Source: Octopus sinensis
Lineage: Eukaryota
Length of the DNA stretch: 24,927 bases
Assembly: GCF_006345805.1 (NCBI RefSeq)
Contig: NW_021836233.1
Location: 1 to 24,927 of the forward strand
Direction of reading: 5' to 3'
Part shown: positions 10,828-22,246 of the stretch, one piece after another
How the letters are laid out: each line of letters starts with the position of its first letter
How positions within the stretch are numbered: position 1 is the stretch's first letter
Program-made: the position numbers and the translations under genes
Notes under the pieces: generated by a model
The model's database searches: none
Seen by the model: only the letters and a program-made list of their open reading frames with translations
Told to the model about the DNA's origin: nothing

Positions 10828-10982
10828 AGACACAGGCGTGGCTGTGTGGTAAGGAGTTTGCTTTCCAATCCCATGGTTCTTGGTTCAATCTCACTGTGTG
10901 GCACTTGAGTGTCTTCTTTTATAGCCCTGGGATGACCAAAGCTTTGTGAGTGAGCCTGACAGAAAATGAAAGAGACCCATCA
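10828..10982 (+). mobile_element. tRNA-derived SINE (5' part)
   Basis: A-box-like tggctgtgtgg and B-box-like ggttcaatct at tRNA spacing, non-tRNA body, followed by microsatellite. Confidence 0.75.
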
Positions 10983-11006
10983 TACATATGTATGTGTGTG
11001 TGTATG

Positions 11007-11042
<36 letters not shown>

Positions 11043-11349
11043 TATATATAAGCGTGCACACACACAAGTATGTGTGTGTCTAATTATATATTTGTAAATA
11101 TGTATTTAATTGTGTGTGTGTGTGTGTGTGATATATATATACATGTATCCTCATTCTATATGAATCAAGATTGGAGCCTAGTGCAGCCATCTGGTTCGCC
11201 AATCCTTAATCACATCGTCTATACTGATATGTATGTATGTATAGGTTACATCTCCAATCTGGTATGCTCATTTTGTCCAAAATACCGAACTACTGGAAGC
11301 TGTCCACAGATGTACAACCCACAAATAGCCTCTCTCAATCACTATTATT

Positions 11350-11640
11350 CCTTAAAAGTATTGCTTTCCATGCATCAACACACAAAAGTTTTTATTTCTA
11401 GCAACTCATTGATAGAATCCCACAAGATTATCCCCATCTTTCAATAACAACTTTGACCACTTCTGCAATTTAATATCTTTACCACTCTGAGACATGCTTA
11501 TAAAGTAAAAAAAACACCCATCCAGTTTCCATGATATCAGAAACAATATTTTATGCTCAGAATTGTCAAGGCATGGAATAAACTATCTACATTGGTTGTT
11601 AGCTGTATCCTTCAAAAACACCACACTTTCTGTAATTCAG
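11350..11640 (+). mobile_element. Degenerate 3' end of a CR1-group LINE ORF2
   Basis: Fragments LIESHKII, HAYKV and FMLRIVKAWNKLSTLVVSC resemble the CR1 C-terminal F..RVV..WN.LP..VV motif. Confidence 0.55.
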
Positions 11641-13389
11641 AAACACTACATCTGAGGTTCCTATGCACCCTTTCCTTTTTATGGTTCTTTTACTGCTCCC
11701 TTTTATGTCTTTATGAGTTTTATTCTGCACTTTAGGCGACCATTGGTGTCTTTCTTGACATGATTTGTGCTTCCTGTCCTTTCATAGAAGTGGACAGAGC
11801 AATATCGAGGGAAACCAGTATAAATACCGTTTCATGGTAGATGGAAGAGTCTTTCTTATGAAACATGAAATGTCTGTCTTTAGTTAAAAAAAAAAAATCA
11901 GTTGAGATAATCTTCCAGTTTATTACTGGTATCTGTGATATCAATTATGAATTGAAGAGAACACTGACAAGATTTCAAACTTGGAGACGCACAGGTAAAT
12001 AAGAGAAACCATCTACACTAACCAACTGCAGAGATTAGACCATAAGATGGAGTATAAAGTAATTGGACAGGTGAAGAGCTATAACCCTCAGAAATAATTG
12101 TGTAGATTCTAAATATGTCAGACAGGGTTTTAGTTTTATATTCCCTGGAAAAGCTCATGGAATTCTACACTGTGTTATCACTGATGCCTGGCATAGTAGC
12201 ACTTTCATTTAATGCTATAATGATGAAGGAGATTTAAATGATGGTGAGAGAAGAACAGGATGTTTGAAATGAAGCATGGATCTTCAGATGTCATATTTCT
12301 GGTGAAACAGCCACATGAGATCAGCTTGAAAAAGAATGAAAGCAAATCTACAAGAAAGGTTTTAGAGAACTGTCCCTTATTCTCTTGACTGTAGAGCACA
12401 GGTAAATCAGGGCAAAAAAAGCTTAGAAAGACTGTTCAGTTCTTGCATAAACACAAGGGAAAGATTGAAAATCCTTTTACGTTAATCACTGAATCTATTA
12501 CAAAGTAATTATTTGTGATTAGATATCTGCGACAACTTTGGAACGACACCAACCACAGCTAAATATGTGCAACTATGGAAAAGGAGGAGACACAAATGAA
12601 AAGAAATAATGGAGAAAATAAGAAATATTCTGAAAGTAGGGATCAGAATTTTGAGCCTAAATGAGGCAGCAGCAGTGTCGGGGCTACATTAGTTTGTAGC
12701 CATACATATGTAAGAAGGTGTGAGTGGTTCATACACAACTGTATTACACCTGTACAAAAAACACTATTGACTTCACCTTGAGGAAAAACACCTACCCTCA
12801 CTAAACTGGCAGACATTTACCTACCATTGAAATACATGTATGATGGTCATCAAGAAATTAAAGGATGTTTTTTCTGCATTTCACCATTTGTCAGCTGTCT
12901 TCCCTCCTAAATTAAAAGCCACATTTTCTGGTCTCTTACCTAGAGTATCTCTATAGATTTTACAGAATCATTCCACCCACCACTCCCTAACCATGATGGT
13001 TCTATACCAGTGCTTCTTAAACGTTTCAATTATGGCCCTTTTTTTATTTACTAAGGGTTTTTCAATGCCCCTTTTCTTGCTATGATTCAATATCTCTGAT
13101 TTTTAATGTTCTCACAGGTCAGATTAATTTACCTTTGGGTCCTAGTATTGGTCCTAGTCACATGGGTGACTACTTACCACAGCACCACCCCACAATAAGT
13201 GAACATTTGATGCATCACCACTTCACTTTAGTTTCTGATCCAAACTCAACTACACATTGAGTTTTATATATTTGTACAACCATAGCCACCTTGGCTCCCT
13301 GGTCCTTATAAAATTTTCCACAAACCCTACCCAAGGGTAGCACTACTCTCTTAGAGAAGCCCTGTTTTATAATTCTTGCTGATAGTGTC

Positions 13390-13805
13390 CTATCTGCTGA
13401 CTACCAGCCAGTCATCCTAACTTCCAATATTTCAATTATGAAGTAAAAAGTCATAAACAACCATCATCTTTGTCCCTTTGGGTATCTTTCTCTATTCAAT
13501 GGGCCCCAGAACAGTTCCATAAAGCCGGTTCAAGCAGGGGTCTGATTCCTACGTGACTCCCCAGTGTTTTGGTTATGTTTGACAACTTCTGCAAAAGAAA
13601 TACTGTAGCCCTTGACGTCGGTAAAACCTTTAACTGTGTATGGCAAGAGAATTTCTTGACAAAGTCATCATTTATCTATTGGGTCCATCTGTCCCCCATC
13701 TCTTGGACTGAACATTTCCTGCCAGAATACTCCATTGCAGTGTGTGAGGATGGGTTTCTCTCTCACTCACATTCCATCAATTCTGGCATGCCTCATTGTC
13801 TGGTT
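13390..13805 (+). pseudogene. Degenerate non-LTR reverse transcriptase fragment (CR1/L2/jockey group)
   Basis: DYQPVILTSNIS (NYRPI.LTS-like), VALDVGKTFNCVWQ (ALD..KAFD.VWH-like), HSINSGMPH (GVPQ-like). Confidence 0.65.
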
Positions 13806-13969
13806 TAATATTTATAAAAAGTGACAATGATGAGGATTAGAGGAAAGAGGTAAAGAAAGAAATGAAATATTATGGACGAATATATCTGGTTATTTAGGAG
13901 CATTTAATATTGTGTATAAAATAATAAACAAACATTCAACATTGAAGAAGCAATATAAAGTAAACTTAC

Positions 13970-14053
13970 AGTTTCAGGATTTTTTTTGATAAATCGTTTC
14001 ACATCTTCAAAGTCCCCATTCCGAATGTTGCTTATAATCTTATTTACATCCAT
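13970..14053 (-). CDS. Ankyrin-repeat protein, first coding exon
   Basis: MDVNKIISNIRNGDFEDVKRFIKKNPET (N-terminal ankyrin cap-like). Donor |gtaagt, phase 0 matching exon 2. An acceptor-like tttttattcaaaag lies 2 nt upstream of the ATG. Not in the ORF track. Confidence 0.8.
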
Positions 14054-14296
14054 GTCTTTTGAATAAAAAGGAAAGTAAGATAATTTTTAAAAACTTATAA
14101 AATGAGGTAAAGAGCAATTTAAAGAAGACTGTGTTTCTCAAATCCCCCATGAAATGACATAAATATTAGAAACTTCAGCTTATCTCAACAATTATTTATA
14201 GCTGAATGTTCTTCTTGACACTAATAAACCTAACAACAGTCATTGTGTTGCATCTTTTGTTTGCACATTGCTCAGCTTATCACAGTCTCATTGGTC

Positions 14297-14433
14297 ACAC
14301 CACACACACACACAAACACACACACACAAGCAGACAGACACACACACACACACACACACACACAAAGCACCACACACACAAAGCACACACACAACACACA
14401 CATACAAGCACTCACAAACACACACGCATACAC

Positions 14434-14465
<32 letters not shown>

Positions 14466-14778
14466 AGCACACACACACACACAAGCACACAACACCAAGC
14501 ACACACACACACACAGCACACACACACACAAAGCACACACAAGCAACACACACACACACAGCACACACACACAACACACAAACACAAACACACACCACAC
14601 ACACAAACACACACAAGCACACACACAACACAACACACACAAGCAAACACACACCACCACACACAACAAGCACACACACACACACAAGCACACACACACA
14701 CACAACAAGCACACACACACACAACACACCACACAAGCACACACAACAAACACACACACACACACCCCACAACAAACA

Positions 14779-14823
<45 letters not shown>

Positions 14824-14846
14824 GCACACACACACACACACACACA
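14297..14846. repeat. Long interrupted (CA)n microsatellite
   Basis: About 550 bp of CA repeats punctuated by aag and aa. Confidence 0.95.
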
Positions 14847-14969
14847 AGCGTATGTGTGTTTACATTTGTTGTCTCTGGCAATTTCTTAGCTGTCGGTGAT
14901 TAGATTGTTATCATTTCTCCCGTTGACGAATAGACCAATGGAATAAGAGATCCCCTACTTGAGCAACAG

Positions 14970-15068
14970 GTAAGGATTAAGGACATGAAGGGGATCCAGA
15001 AATAAAAAAAGGCATCAAATACATATTCATCTAACCCATGCTAGCATGGAAAACAGACGTAAAAATGA
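14970..15068 (+). mobile_element. RTE-type 3' tail fragment
   Basis: gaaggggatccag...ctagcatggaaaacagacgtaaaa matches the 3' end of the minus-strand RTE at 22260-22360 (gaagggcttccag...ctagcatggaagcggatgttaaaa). Confidence 0.65.
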
Positions 15069-15138
15069 CTACCATACATGCATATGCAAACATATGTACA
15101 TCTATGTATATGTATACATGTGTGTGTGTGTGTGTGTA

Positions 15139-15398
15139 AAGGCGTGTGGCCTAGTGGTTAGGGTGTTGCGCTCACAGTGGCTAGATTGTGGGTTCAATTC
15201 CCATACTGAGCAGTACCTTGTATTCTTCAGCAAAACACCTCATTTCACTTTGCTGCAGTCCACTCAGCTGTAAATGGATCACCCTCCAAGAGACTTGTGT
15301 TGTGATTAGGGGGAACACTCACTGGCCTGCTTGAAAGATGAAATGATGCAAAGCACATTGTGACCAGGGATGTGTAACAGCATTTGATATTCTGGTCA
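15139..15398 (+). mobile_element. tRNA-derived SINE
   Basis: A box tggcctagtgg, B box ggttcaattcc. Body shared with 19562-19830 and tail cattgtgaccagggatgtgtaac shared with 23584-23820. Confidence 0.78.
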
Positions 15399-16075
15399 AC
15401 ACACACGTCTATATACGCGCATACTCGCACGTCTATATATGCACACACACATGCGCGCACAATAAACGGTTCATACACACGTCTATATACGCACATGTAC
15501 AAGAAAAAACTCGGCTAAAGGCAAAATACAGGAAAATGTGTAAAAAAATATGTAAAAAGACAATGAGTAAAACACATCATATATACGCACATGCTCGCAT
15601 GCACACACACACACACGTCTATACACGCCCGTATCCGCACACATGCACACATCCACACGCGAGCACAAAAGATGCCATATACACGTCTACATACGCACAG
15701 GGAAAATGCAGGGTGGAAGGTAGAATAGAGAAAAAATATGTGTAAAAAATATATGAGCAATAAACCTATAAAACAATATCTCTATAAATATGTAATATAT
15801 ATATATATATATAAAATATAAAGAAATATAAGTAAAAAGTATAGAGAGATAAAAAGCTTGTACGTGGACACACGTGCATGCGAGTATGTGTGTATATAGA
15901 CGTGTTTTAGTCTTTGTCTTTTTTACACATTTTTTGCCCATTTTCCTCTATTTTACCTTTAGCCTTTTTTCTTGTACATGTGCGTATATAGATGTGTGTA
16001 TGAACCATTTTGTGTGTGTGTGTGTGTGCGCGTATATAGACATGTGGGTATGCGCGTATAGAGACGTGTGTGTGT
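15399..16075. repeat. Diverged inverted repeat built on an acacgtctatatacgc minisatellite
   Basis: 15399-15605 mirrors 15873-16075, e.g. ggttcatacacacgtctatatacgcacatgtacaagaaaaaa vs ttttttcttgtacatgtgcgtatatagatgtgtgtatgaacc. Confidence 0.8.
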
Positions 16076-16144
16076 ACGTGCATACGGGTATGCGTGTATA
16101 TAGACGTGTTTTACTTTTATTACTTATTTTTTTATATGTATTTT

Positions 16145-16438
16145 GGATCTTTTCCTCTTGAACGACACATGTCAACACAATATCTAGTTAACTAAACACT
16201 TCTAAACTCCATATACTGGTAGAATGTGTTTATAAAACATCATTTTTTCATGGCTTTATTGAGAAAATTCTATAGTTTGTAAGATATTTCCACTTTAAAA
16301 TCGAGCATTTCGGCAATTTTAACCAATCGCTGGAGTCTATTTGGGGTGAAAACATTCCATGCTGTATGAATATGTCCCTCGTTTAAGAAACAGATTGGGT
16401 TTATTTACATTTGCGAAGAAAAAAAGATACCCTTCCCC
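16145..16438. repeat. Interspersed repeat copy 2 (truncated; same family and orientation as 9491-9888)
   Basis: Shared blocks such as gctgtatgaatatgtccctcgtttaagaaacagattgggtttatttacatttgcgaagaaaaaaagatacccttcccc. Confidence 0.88.
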
Positions 16439-16633
16439 ACCCCTTTTTACACATGCCACTGGCACAGGTGCCAGTAAGTCGACGTTGGTAACGATCACGC
16501 TTGAATGGTGCCCTTTTACATATATATATATGTATACAACAAGAAATATTTTTTGTCTCCTTTTTATGGAAACAAAGGGTTTATAGGACTACAAAAAAAG
16601 AAGTGCTCAAATGTAACTGGGACAGAGATAAAG

Positions 16634-17428
16634 AAACATTGATCATAAAATAAACATCAAATTCGAGTCAATGACTTTATATATAACACCGTATCTCCAA
16701 ACATTTCATCATATATAAATATTACCATGACTCTTAAACATACAGAGTGTACATATATAAAAAAAAACATATAAAGTAGACATAAAAATCATCAATGGTA
16801 AAAAAATATATATGTGAATAAAAATGCAGGTGTATAGAACGGCCTATCAAGAAGGTATATACAATCGACTAAGAATTCTAAAGTGTGTCATGCTACTAAA
16901 AATCCAAAATAAATATTGACTAAAAAGAAAAATTTTCTTACTCCCCTCAAATGAAAGAGTACGTGAAAAAAGTTTGTTTCATAAAACCCATGGTAGGTTA
17001 GAGTCCAGGAGCAAAAAGAGTTCCACAAAATCAAGTGAAACACACCTATGGCTATTTCAGGAGTTCATTGCCGCAGTTCGATTACGAGTTAAAGCGCATC
17101 TTGGCAATGACCCCCCCCCCACATCATGATGAACAGGAATCTCAACAAATTCTTTGTTTAGTTGATTAATATTTTATTTTAGTTTATTTGGATTTTTAGC
17201 AGCAAGACACGCTTTAGAATTTTTAGCCAATTGTATATACCTTCTTGATAGGCTGTTCTATATATCTGTGTTTTTATTCGCGTATATATTTTTTACCTTC
17301 TGTGTATTTTATATATGTATACTTTTTATGTTTAAGAGCCATGGTAATATTTATATATGATGAAATGTTACGGTGTTATATATAAAGTCGCTAACTCGAA
17401 TTTGATGTTTGTTCTATGATCAATATTT
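16634..17428. repeat. Diverged AT-rich inverted repeat, 250-280-bp arms
   Basis: 16634-16912 mirrors 17181-17428, e.g. cctatcaagaaggtatatacaat/attgtatataccttcttgatagg and catttcatcatatataaatattaccatg/catggtaatatttatatatgatgaaatg. Confidence 0.85.
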
Positions 17429-17459
17429 ATATATATATAATGTGTATACATATATATGC

Positions 17460-18930
17460 CCAGGAAAAACCACTACAGATTTTCCTCCAGAGTTTTCTTG
17501 CGAATGGCAAGCTGTCAAGCAAACTTTAGAAGGGAATAATATGCCCAATCCATGAAGGAGGAAGCAGAGCAGGTGCCATAACTTATAGGCCTATGTCTCT
17601 GACTTCACACTCAAGCAAAGTCATTCCTGGAAGAAAGTGACTTGCTGAGTGATAGCATGGTTTTCGACCAAGTAGGAGTTGCCTGACACAGCTCCTATAG
17701 CACAATGACTGGGTGCTGAAACAGTAACTTAACAACTCAAATGTGGATGTAATATACTTTGCAAAAGCTTTTGATAAAGTTAATCATGATATGATATGCC
17801 ACAAACTACGTGATCTTGGCAAAGCTGGAAAACTTGGAGAATGATTACATGCCTTTCTGAAAGACAGAAGTCAGGCAGTGGTAGCCAGTGGTACCACCTC
17901 AACGGAACCACAAATAGTGAGTTGTGTTCCACAGGGCACTGTCTTAGGGCCACTGATTTTCATAGTGGCCCTCTCAGATATGCTCTCCGCTGCCCTGATA
18001 CCCTTGCTAGCTACGGAGACGACACAAAATTTTTGAAGAAAATGCAAAACTGTAGTGATGTTGCATGCCTGCAGCAGTAGCTGGATGCAAATTACAGATG
18101 GTCTGAGGACAATAATATGCAGTTTAATGCTGGAAAATTTCAAGCCCTACACTACCAGCATCCAATTTGAACGGAAAACATACAGGATTACTGGCTAGTG
18201 GGGAATTACAATTACGTGTGTGATCTGGGTATCGACATGAGTGATGATACCTCTTTCCAAGTGCACTTTAACAAGCTGATGACAAAGTGCAGATGGCTGG
18301 ATGGATGGATCCTGAGAACCTTCAGAGCCAGGGACAAAGAAACCATGATGGTCCGCTGGAGGACATTTATCCTCAGCTTCCTGGACTACTGCTCCTAACA
18401 ACGGTCACCCCACAGGGTAAAATTAACAGTGGACCTTGAAGCAATCCAGCGAAGCTACTAAAAGAATATCATCTCATTGCAACAGCTCAACTACTGGGGA
18501 AGGCTGAAACAGGTAAGACTTTACTCCCTAGAGTGAAGGTGGGGAAGATGTACAGTGATATATATCTGGAAGATCCCGGAAGGGATTGTACCAAATTTTG
18601 GTTTTGAAAGCTACACAAACGCCAGAACGGGTCACCACTGCACAGAGCCAAAGATCGCAACACTGCTTTCACATTTCAGGACCAGTTATTACTGCAACAG
18701 CCTGGGTTTTAAATGCCCACAACTTTTTAATATTCTCCCAAAAAGCATGAGGGACCTACACAAAGTGGATGTGTTTTCAAAAGAAAACTGGACCTCTCCC
18801 TGTTGAGAATCCTGGATGAACCTCCCTTCTGGCAGGCGGCACAAATAAGGGCAATGACATCAAACTCCCTTATTCACCAAATGCCACATATCAGAGGAAG
18901 TTCTCAATAATGACAGTGTGCCCTAGCATG
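17460..18930 (+). pseudogene. 5'-truncated CR1-group LINE reverse transcriptase remnant
   Basis: Motifs in correct order across stops and frameshifts: TYRPMSLTS, HGFRPSRSCLTQLL, FAKAFDKVNH, VPQGTVLGPLIF, SYGDDTK, DLGIDM, LSFLDYCS, IYIWKI.EGIVPN, PQLFNILPKSMR. Confidence 0.88.
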
Positions 18931-19016
18931 GCCACAGCTTTAAGTAGTAAAGATAAAATATTATATATATATATATATATATGACAAGATTTAAGACGAG
19001 AAAATTTTTTCTTTAC

Positions 19017-19123
19017 CTTGAATCAGAAGTTTTCAGTTGGATAAGTTTGAGTTTTAAGGTTCTCAGCTGAGTAAGCTTTTTCGGAGGTTTAAAGTTGGAG
19101 ATATCAATCTTCAAGTTCTCTCG
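19017..19123 (-). other. Candidate upstream (5' UTR) exon of the ankyrin gene
   Basis: Bounded by ttttattcataccag| and aag|gtaaag on the minus strand. No ATG, and a stop in the frame that would join exon 1. Confidence 0.4.
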
Positions 19124-19518
19124 CTGGTATGAATAAAATGATATTAGATTCATAGGTTTATATAATTGTAGTAAAAGGAAGTAAGTCGTCTCAGCCAATA
19201 AGGCTATTCATTGTGTTTTTCGTGGAATTATATTTATATATACATTCTATCTTCTTTTATTACATTCACTCAATATCATGCTACTCTAACTGACCTGAAT
19301 TTCTGTGACCTTGAATGTTGTTTACAACTTATCCTCTCACAATCTAATTCAATTCATTTAGTACACACATACACACTCACACCTATGTATGGAGATTATA
19401 TGAAGCCCATTTAAACCTTTTTTATTTCATAACAAATAAAAGCTTGACAACTTGTTAACATTTTTATCATTGGTTTTATTGGGCAACACCTATATGGAAA
19501 CATGATCATACACACTCA

Positions 19519-19554
<36 letters not shown>

Positions 19555-19561
19555 TTGTAAA

Positions 19562-19830
19562 CATGTGTGGCCTAGTGATTACACTATGGCGTTCCCGATC
19601 TTGTGTTCATGATTTCGAATCCCAGAGGATGGTGCTTAGAGGCCCTCAGATGAATACCTCATTTCACATTGTTCCCGTCAACTGAGCTGTAAATGAATAA
19701 CCTTGTGATCGACTGGTGCCCTGTTTCAGGAGAATATCATGATCTGTGTCGCTTATACACCTTAGTCCTCAGAATAACGTGAAGAATTGCAGTGTGACCA
19801 GCAGGGCACAGCAATGGCTGATCATCTGGA
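19562..19830 (+). mobile_element. Degenerate tRNA-derived SINE
   Basis: gtgtggcctagtg...ttcgaatccc head; cctcatttcac...agctgtaaatg shared with 15139-15398. Confidence 0.6.
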
Positions 19831-20199
19831 CACTACAGTGATATAGATATATATATATGTTTGTGACTGTATAAAATAGGTACAAGCGTGGCTGTGCAGT
19901 TAAGAGATTCCTACTGCTATAGCAAAGGTTTCTGCATCAATTGTGTATGTTTTACTGTTAGTGTTAGTACAGTATTCTTTCTCAGTTCTATTTAACCATG
20001 ATGCATTGAGGTTGCAAACAACTTTTCATTCCAAATTTTCCCAGAATGATTGTAGAGCTTCTCGGGAGGGAACTTTCTTAATGGTAATGTTTTCCTTCCT
20101 TGTCTCTCTCTATAATGCTTGTGGTTGGAAGAAGCAAACTCACGATTGATATTGGCTTGTTCAAAAATTTGCATGTGATAGCAAAATTTCTCGCTTGTC

Positions 20200-20860
20200 G
20201 TCCTGAGTTCATGTTTTAAAGATTTTTGAGAAGCTTAATTTCTGAAGATTGGTATTTAGGCAGTATGTTTCATATCCACAGGGCCCCAATAACTACAGGT
20301 ATAAGCCTGAACTTGTAATCTGGATAGATTAACTGCAGATTTCTCAATAGTTCAATGTAGGTATTCTCTTTTTCACTCATCTTCAGATTTATGTTAACAT
20401 CTGTTGGGCCGCTAATTTCCACAACTCTACACAGTTTCTCTCCTCTATCCCAAATCATTATATCAGGTCTTACATTTTACTGAGCTGTTCACTGGGACAT
20501 TCCGCCAGTGGCTATGGTTTCTACTGTACTGTGGGTTCTTATTTCTCTGTCCGCACGGTTATCCTTCTGACAGATTTCATTATAGAGTGTCCTTGCTACA
20601 ACATCATGTCTCATTGGTAGAGAACCGTGATGACATTTTTGGACAATGACGTGTGATGTGGCTGATATCGTCAGTGTTAATTCCACAATGTAGGTGTCGC
20701 TTGCCATATTTTACTGCTTCTCCTGCATCTCTACCCCTTTTGCACATCAGGTTGATATTCCTGTTCCTGGATTGCAAACACATACCCTTCAAGTGGGAGG
20801 TAGTTACCTGGCTATTGGTCCATGATAGACTGCTTTGATGGTCAATGTTACTATCGTCTC
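20200..20860 (-). pseudogene. C-terminal remnant of an RLE-type (R4/Dong-like) non-LTR retrotransposon
   Basis: In order: EGYVFAIQEQE, HCGINTDDISHITRHC (CCHC knuckle remnant), RHDVVARTLY, RPDIMIWD..VVEISGP (PD..D/E nuclease), KMSEKENTY, IPVVIGAL. Confidence 0.82.
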
Positions 20861-20881
20861 TGAGCTTTTTACTAACATACT

Positions 20882-20904
20882 ATGTATGTATGTGTGTATG
20901 TATG

Positions 20905-20954
<50 letters not shown>

Positions 20955-21029
20955 GTGTGTGTATGTGTGTGTATGTGTGTGTGTGTGTGCGTGTGTACAT
21001 ATATGTGTATATATACACACACACATATA
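20882..21029. repeat. Compound (TATG)n(TA)n(TG)n microsatellite
   Basis: Direct reading. Confidence 0.92.
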
Positions 21030-21154
21030 TCGGGTCATCCCATAAATAATGGAGTTTTTTTATGCTTCTTTTATTTCCAAAATTACGATAAGCAAGTCGT
21101 ATTTTAATCTAAAATATACCCTCCTTCATTTTCTACAATGCTCTTCCATCTATC
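21030..21154 (-). mobile_element. Mariner-type transposon 3' end
   Basis: Minus strand reads DRWKSIVENEGGYILD* (mariner C-terminal RW..V....G.Y motif), followed by a TIR-like end abutting TA at 21028-21029. Confidence 0.7.
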
Positions 21155-21899
21155 TAATCCAAGGGGAATATCACTGTAAGACTACCTTTCTCTTTATAAT
21201 GTCCCAAAAAGTCACACTGCCTTGGCTTTGTTGTCTCACTTTATTCAACATATACATACTCACACACGACCCGCGTTGGCTCCCCTCGCTCATACTATTA
21301 TTGAACCGGGAGTCTAACAGTGGTCCTCCTGTAGCACCTACCTTACCTGCCATTTAGGTCTTCTGGATACAAGATCTCTCAAATTGTGTGTGTGTGTGTG
21401 TGTGTATATGAAAGTATGCATGTATATAGAGATAGATTACACTGGTGGATTTGTGGAACGGGTAAATTGCTGCTCAAGGTGACTCTTTCGATGTAGATGG
21501 GTAAGTTATTTTTTATTAAAAATAACTAATTGGTGAACCTTTTAACTCCACCTCGTGGATACAATCTGGATGACCATATATTATTTTGTCCATGGCCACA
21601 TTGGTGCCTCCGAGTAATCCATTTGGTACTTGTGAGACTGCTGGAAGCATCTGAGCAGATATGCAAGGCTTTTGCACCCTCTCTTCTAACGGCCCTTGCA
21701 TTAATTAAAAAGACTTTTCCTTGCTTTAAGATGTGGAACATTCTTAAGGGCTTCCAGATGTCTGAAGAACACTGACTACCCCACCTACTCTGAAGTATAA
21801 AGGAACGGTCCCTTGAACGAATGGCTTACGCCACTGGTCATGTCCAGCACTACCAACGTATCTACTATGATCATTGTCAGAGCAGCTGATTGGCTTCTG

Positions 21900-21955
21900 T
21901 GCAGGTGGCACGCAAAATTCACCATTTCGAGGTGGCCATTGCCAGTACCGCCTGA
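21900..21955 (+). repeat. Fragment of the RTE 3' UTR repeat unit
   Basis: gtggcacgcaaaattcaccatttcgaggtggccattgccag resembles the reverse complement of 22423-22463. A similar unit occurs at ~16443-16519. Confidence 0.6.
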
Positions 21956-22246
21956 CAGAGTTGTTGCGTTGTTATATCGCTCTATGCTTTATCGCTCCCC
22001 GCCTCTGTCTCGCTCCCCCCTCTCTCTCTTAGTCTCGCATTCTCATTTTCATAGTTAAGTCACGTTGTCGCTTTACATAGAAAGTTAAATATTTCGAGGA
22101 GAAACAGATTAGATTTCTATTGAATAATGAATATGGCTCGAATTCATAAGATTTTTTCAACCACGCCCTAGCTGGAGCCTTTTAAATCATAAAACATATA
22201 TATATATACTCATACACCCCAAATCACATATATATATGGTATATAT

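Noticed and set aside
11760-13300. Possible ancient retroelement coding remnant
   Set aside because: No motif recoverable with confidence by eye; needs a translated HMM search.
13964-14014. Hammerhead-like string on the minus strand (ttgaaga...gaaactgta)
   Set aside because: Core C is missing, no stem II forms, and it is fully explained as ankyrin exon 1 plus its splice donor.
14206-14903. His/Thr-rich and Cys/Val-rich ORFs on both strands
   Set aside because: Translations of (CA)n/(TG)n repeats. The same applies to similar ORFs near 5167-5927, 10466-10833, 15245-16178 and 20804-21107.
15139-15210. tRNA gene
   Set aside because: A and B boxes are present but there is no cloverleaf or acceptor stem, and it continues into a SINE body. 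The same holds at 10828, 19562 and 23820.
19184-19213. Hammerhead-like hairpin on the minus strand (caatgaa-tagcc/ggct-gagac)
   Set aside because: Both catalytic boxes are mutated and there is no NUH site; insufficient support.
21440-21860. Possible mariner C-terminus (IAAQGDSFD) and short overlapping ORFs
   Set aside because: Too short and degenerate; no splice or domain support.
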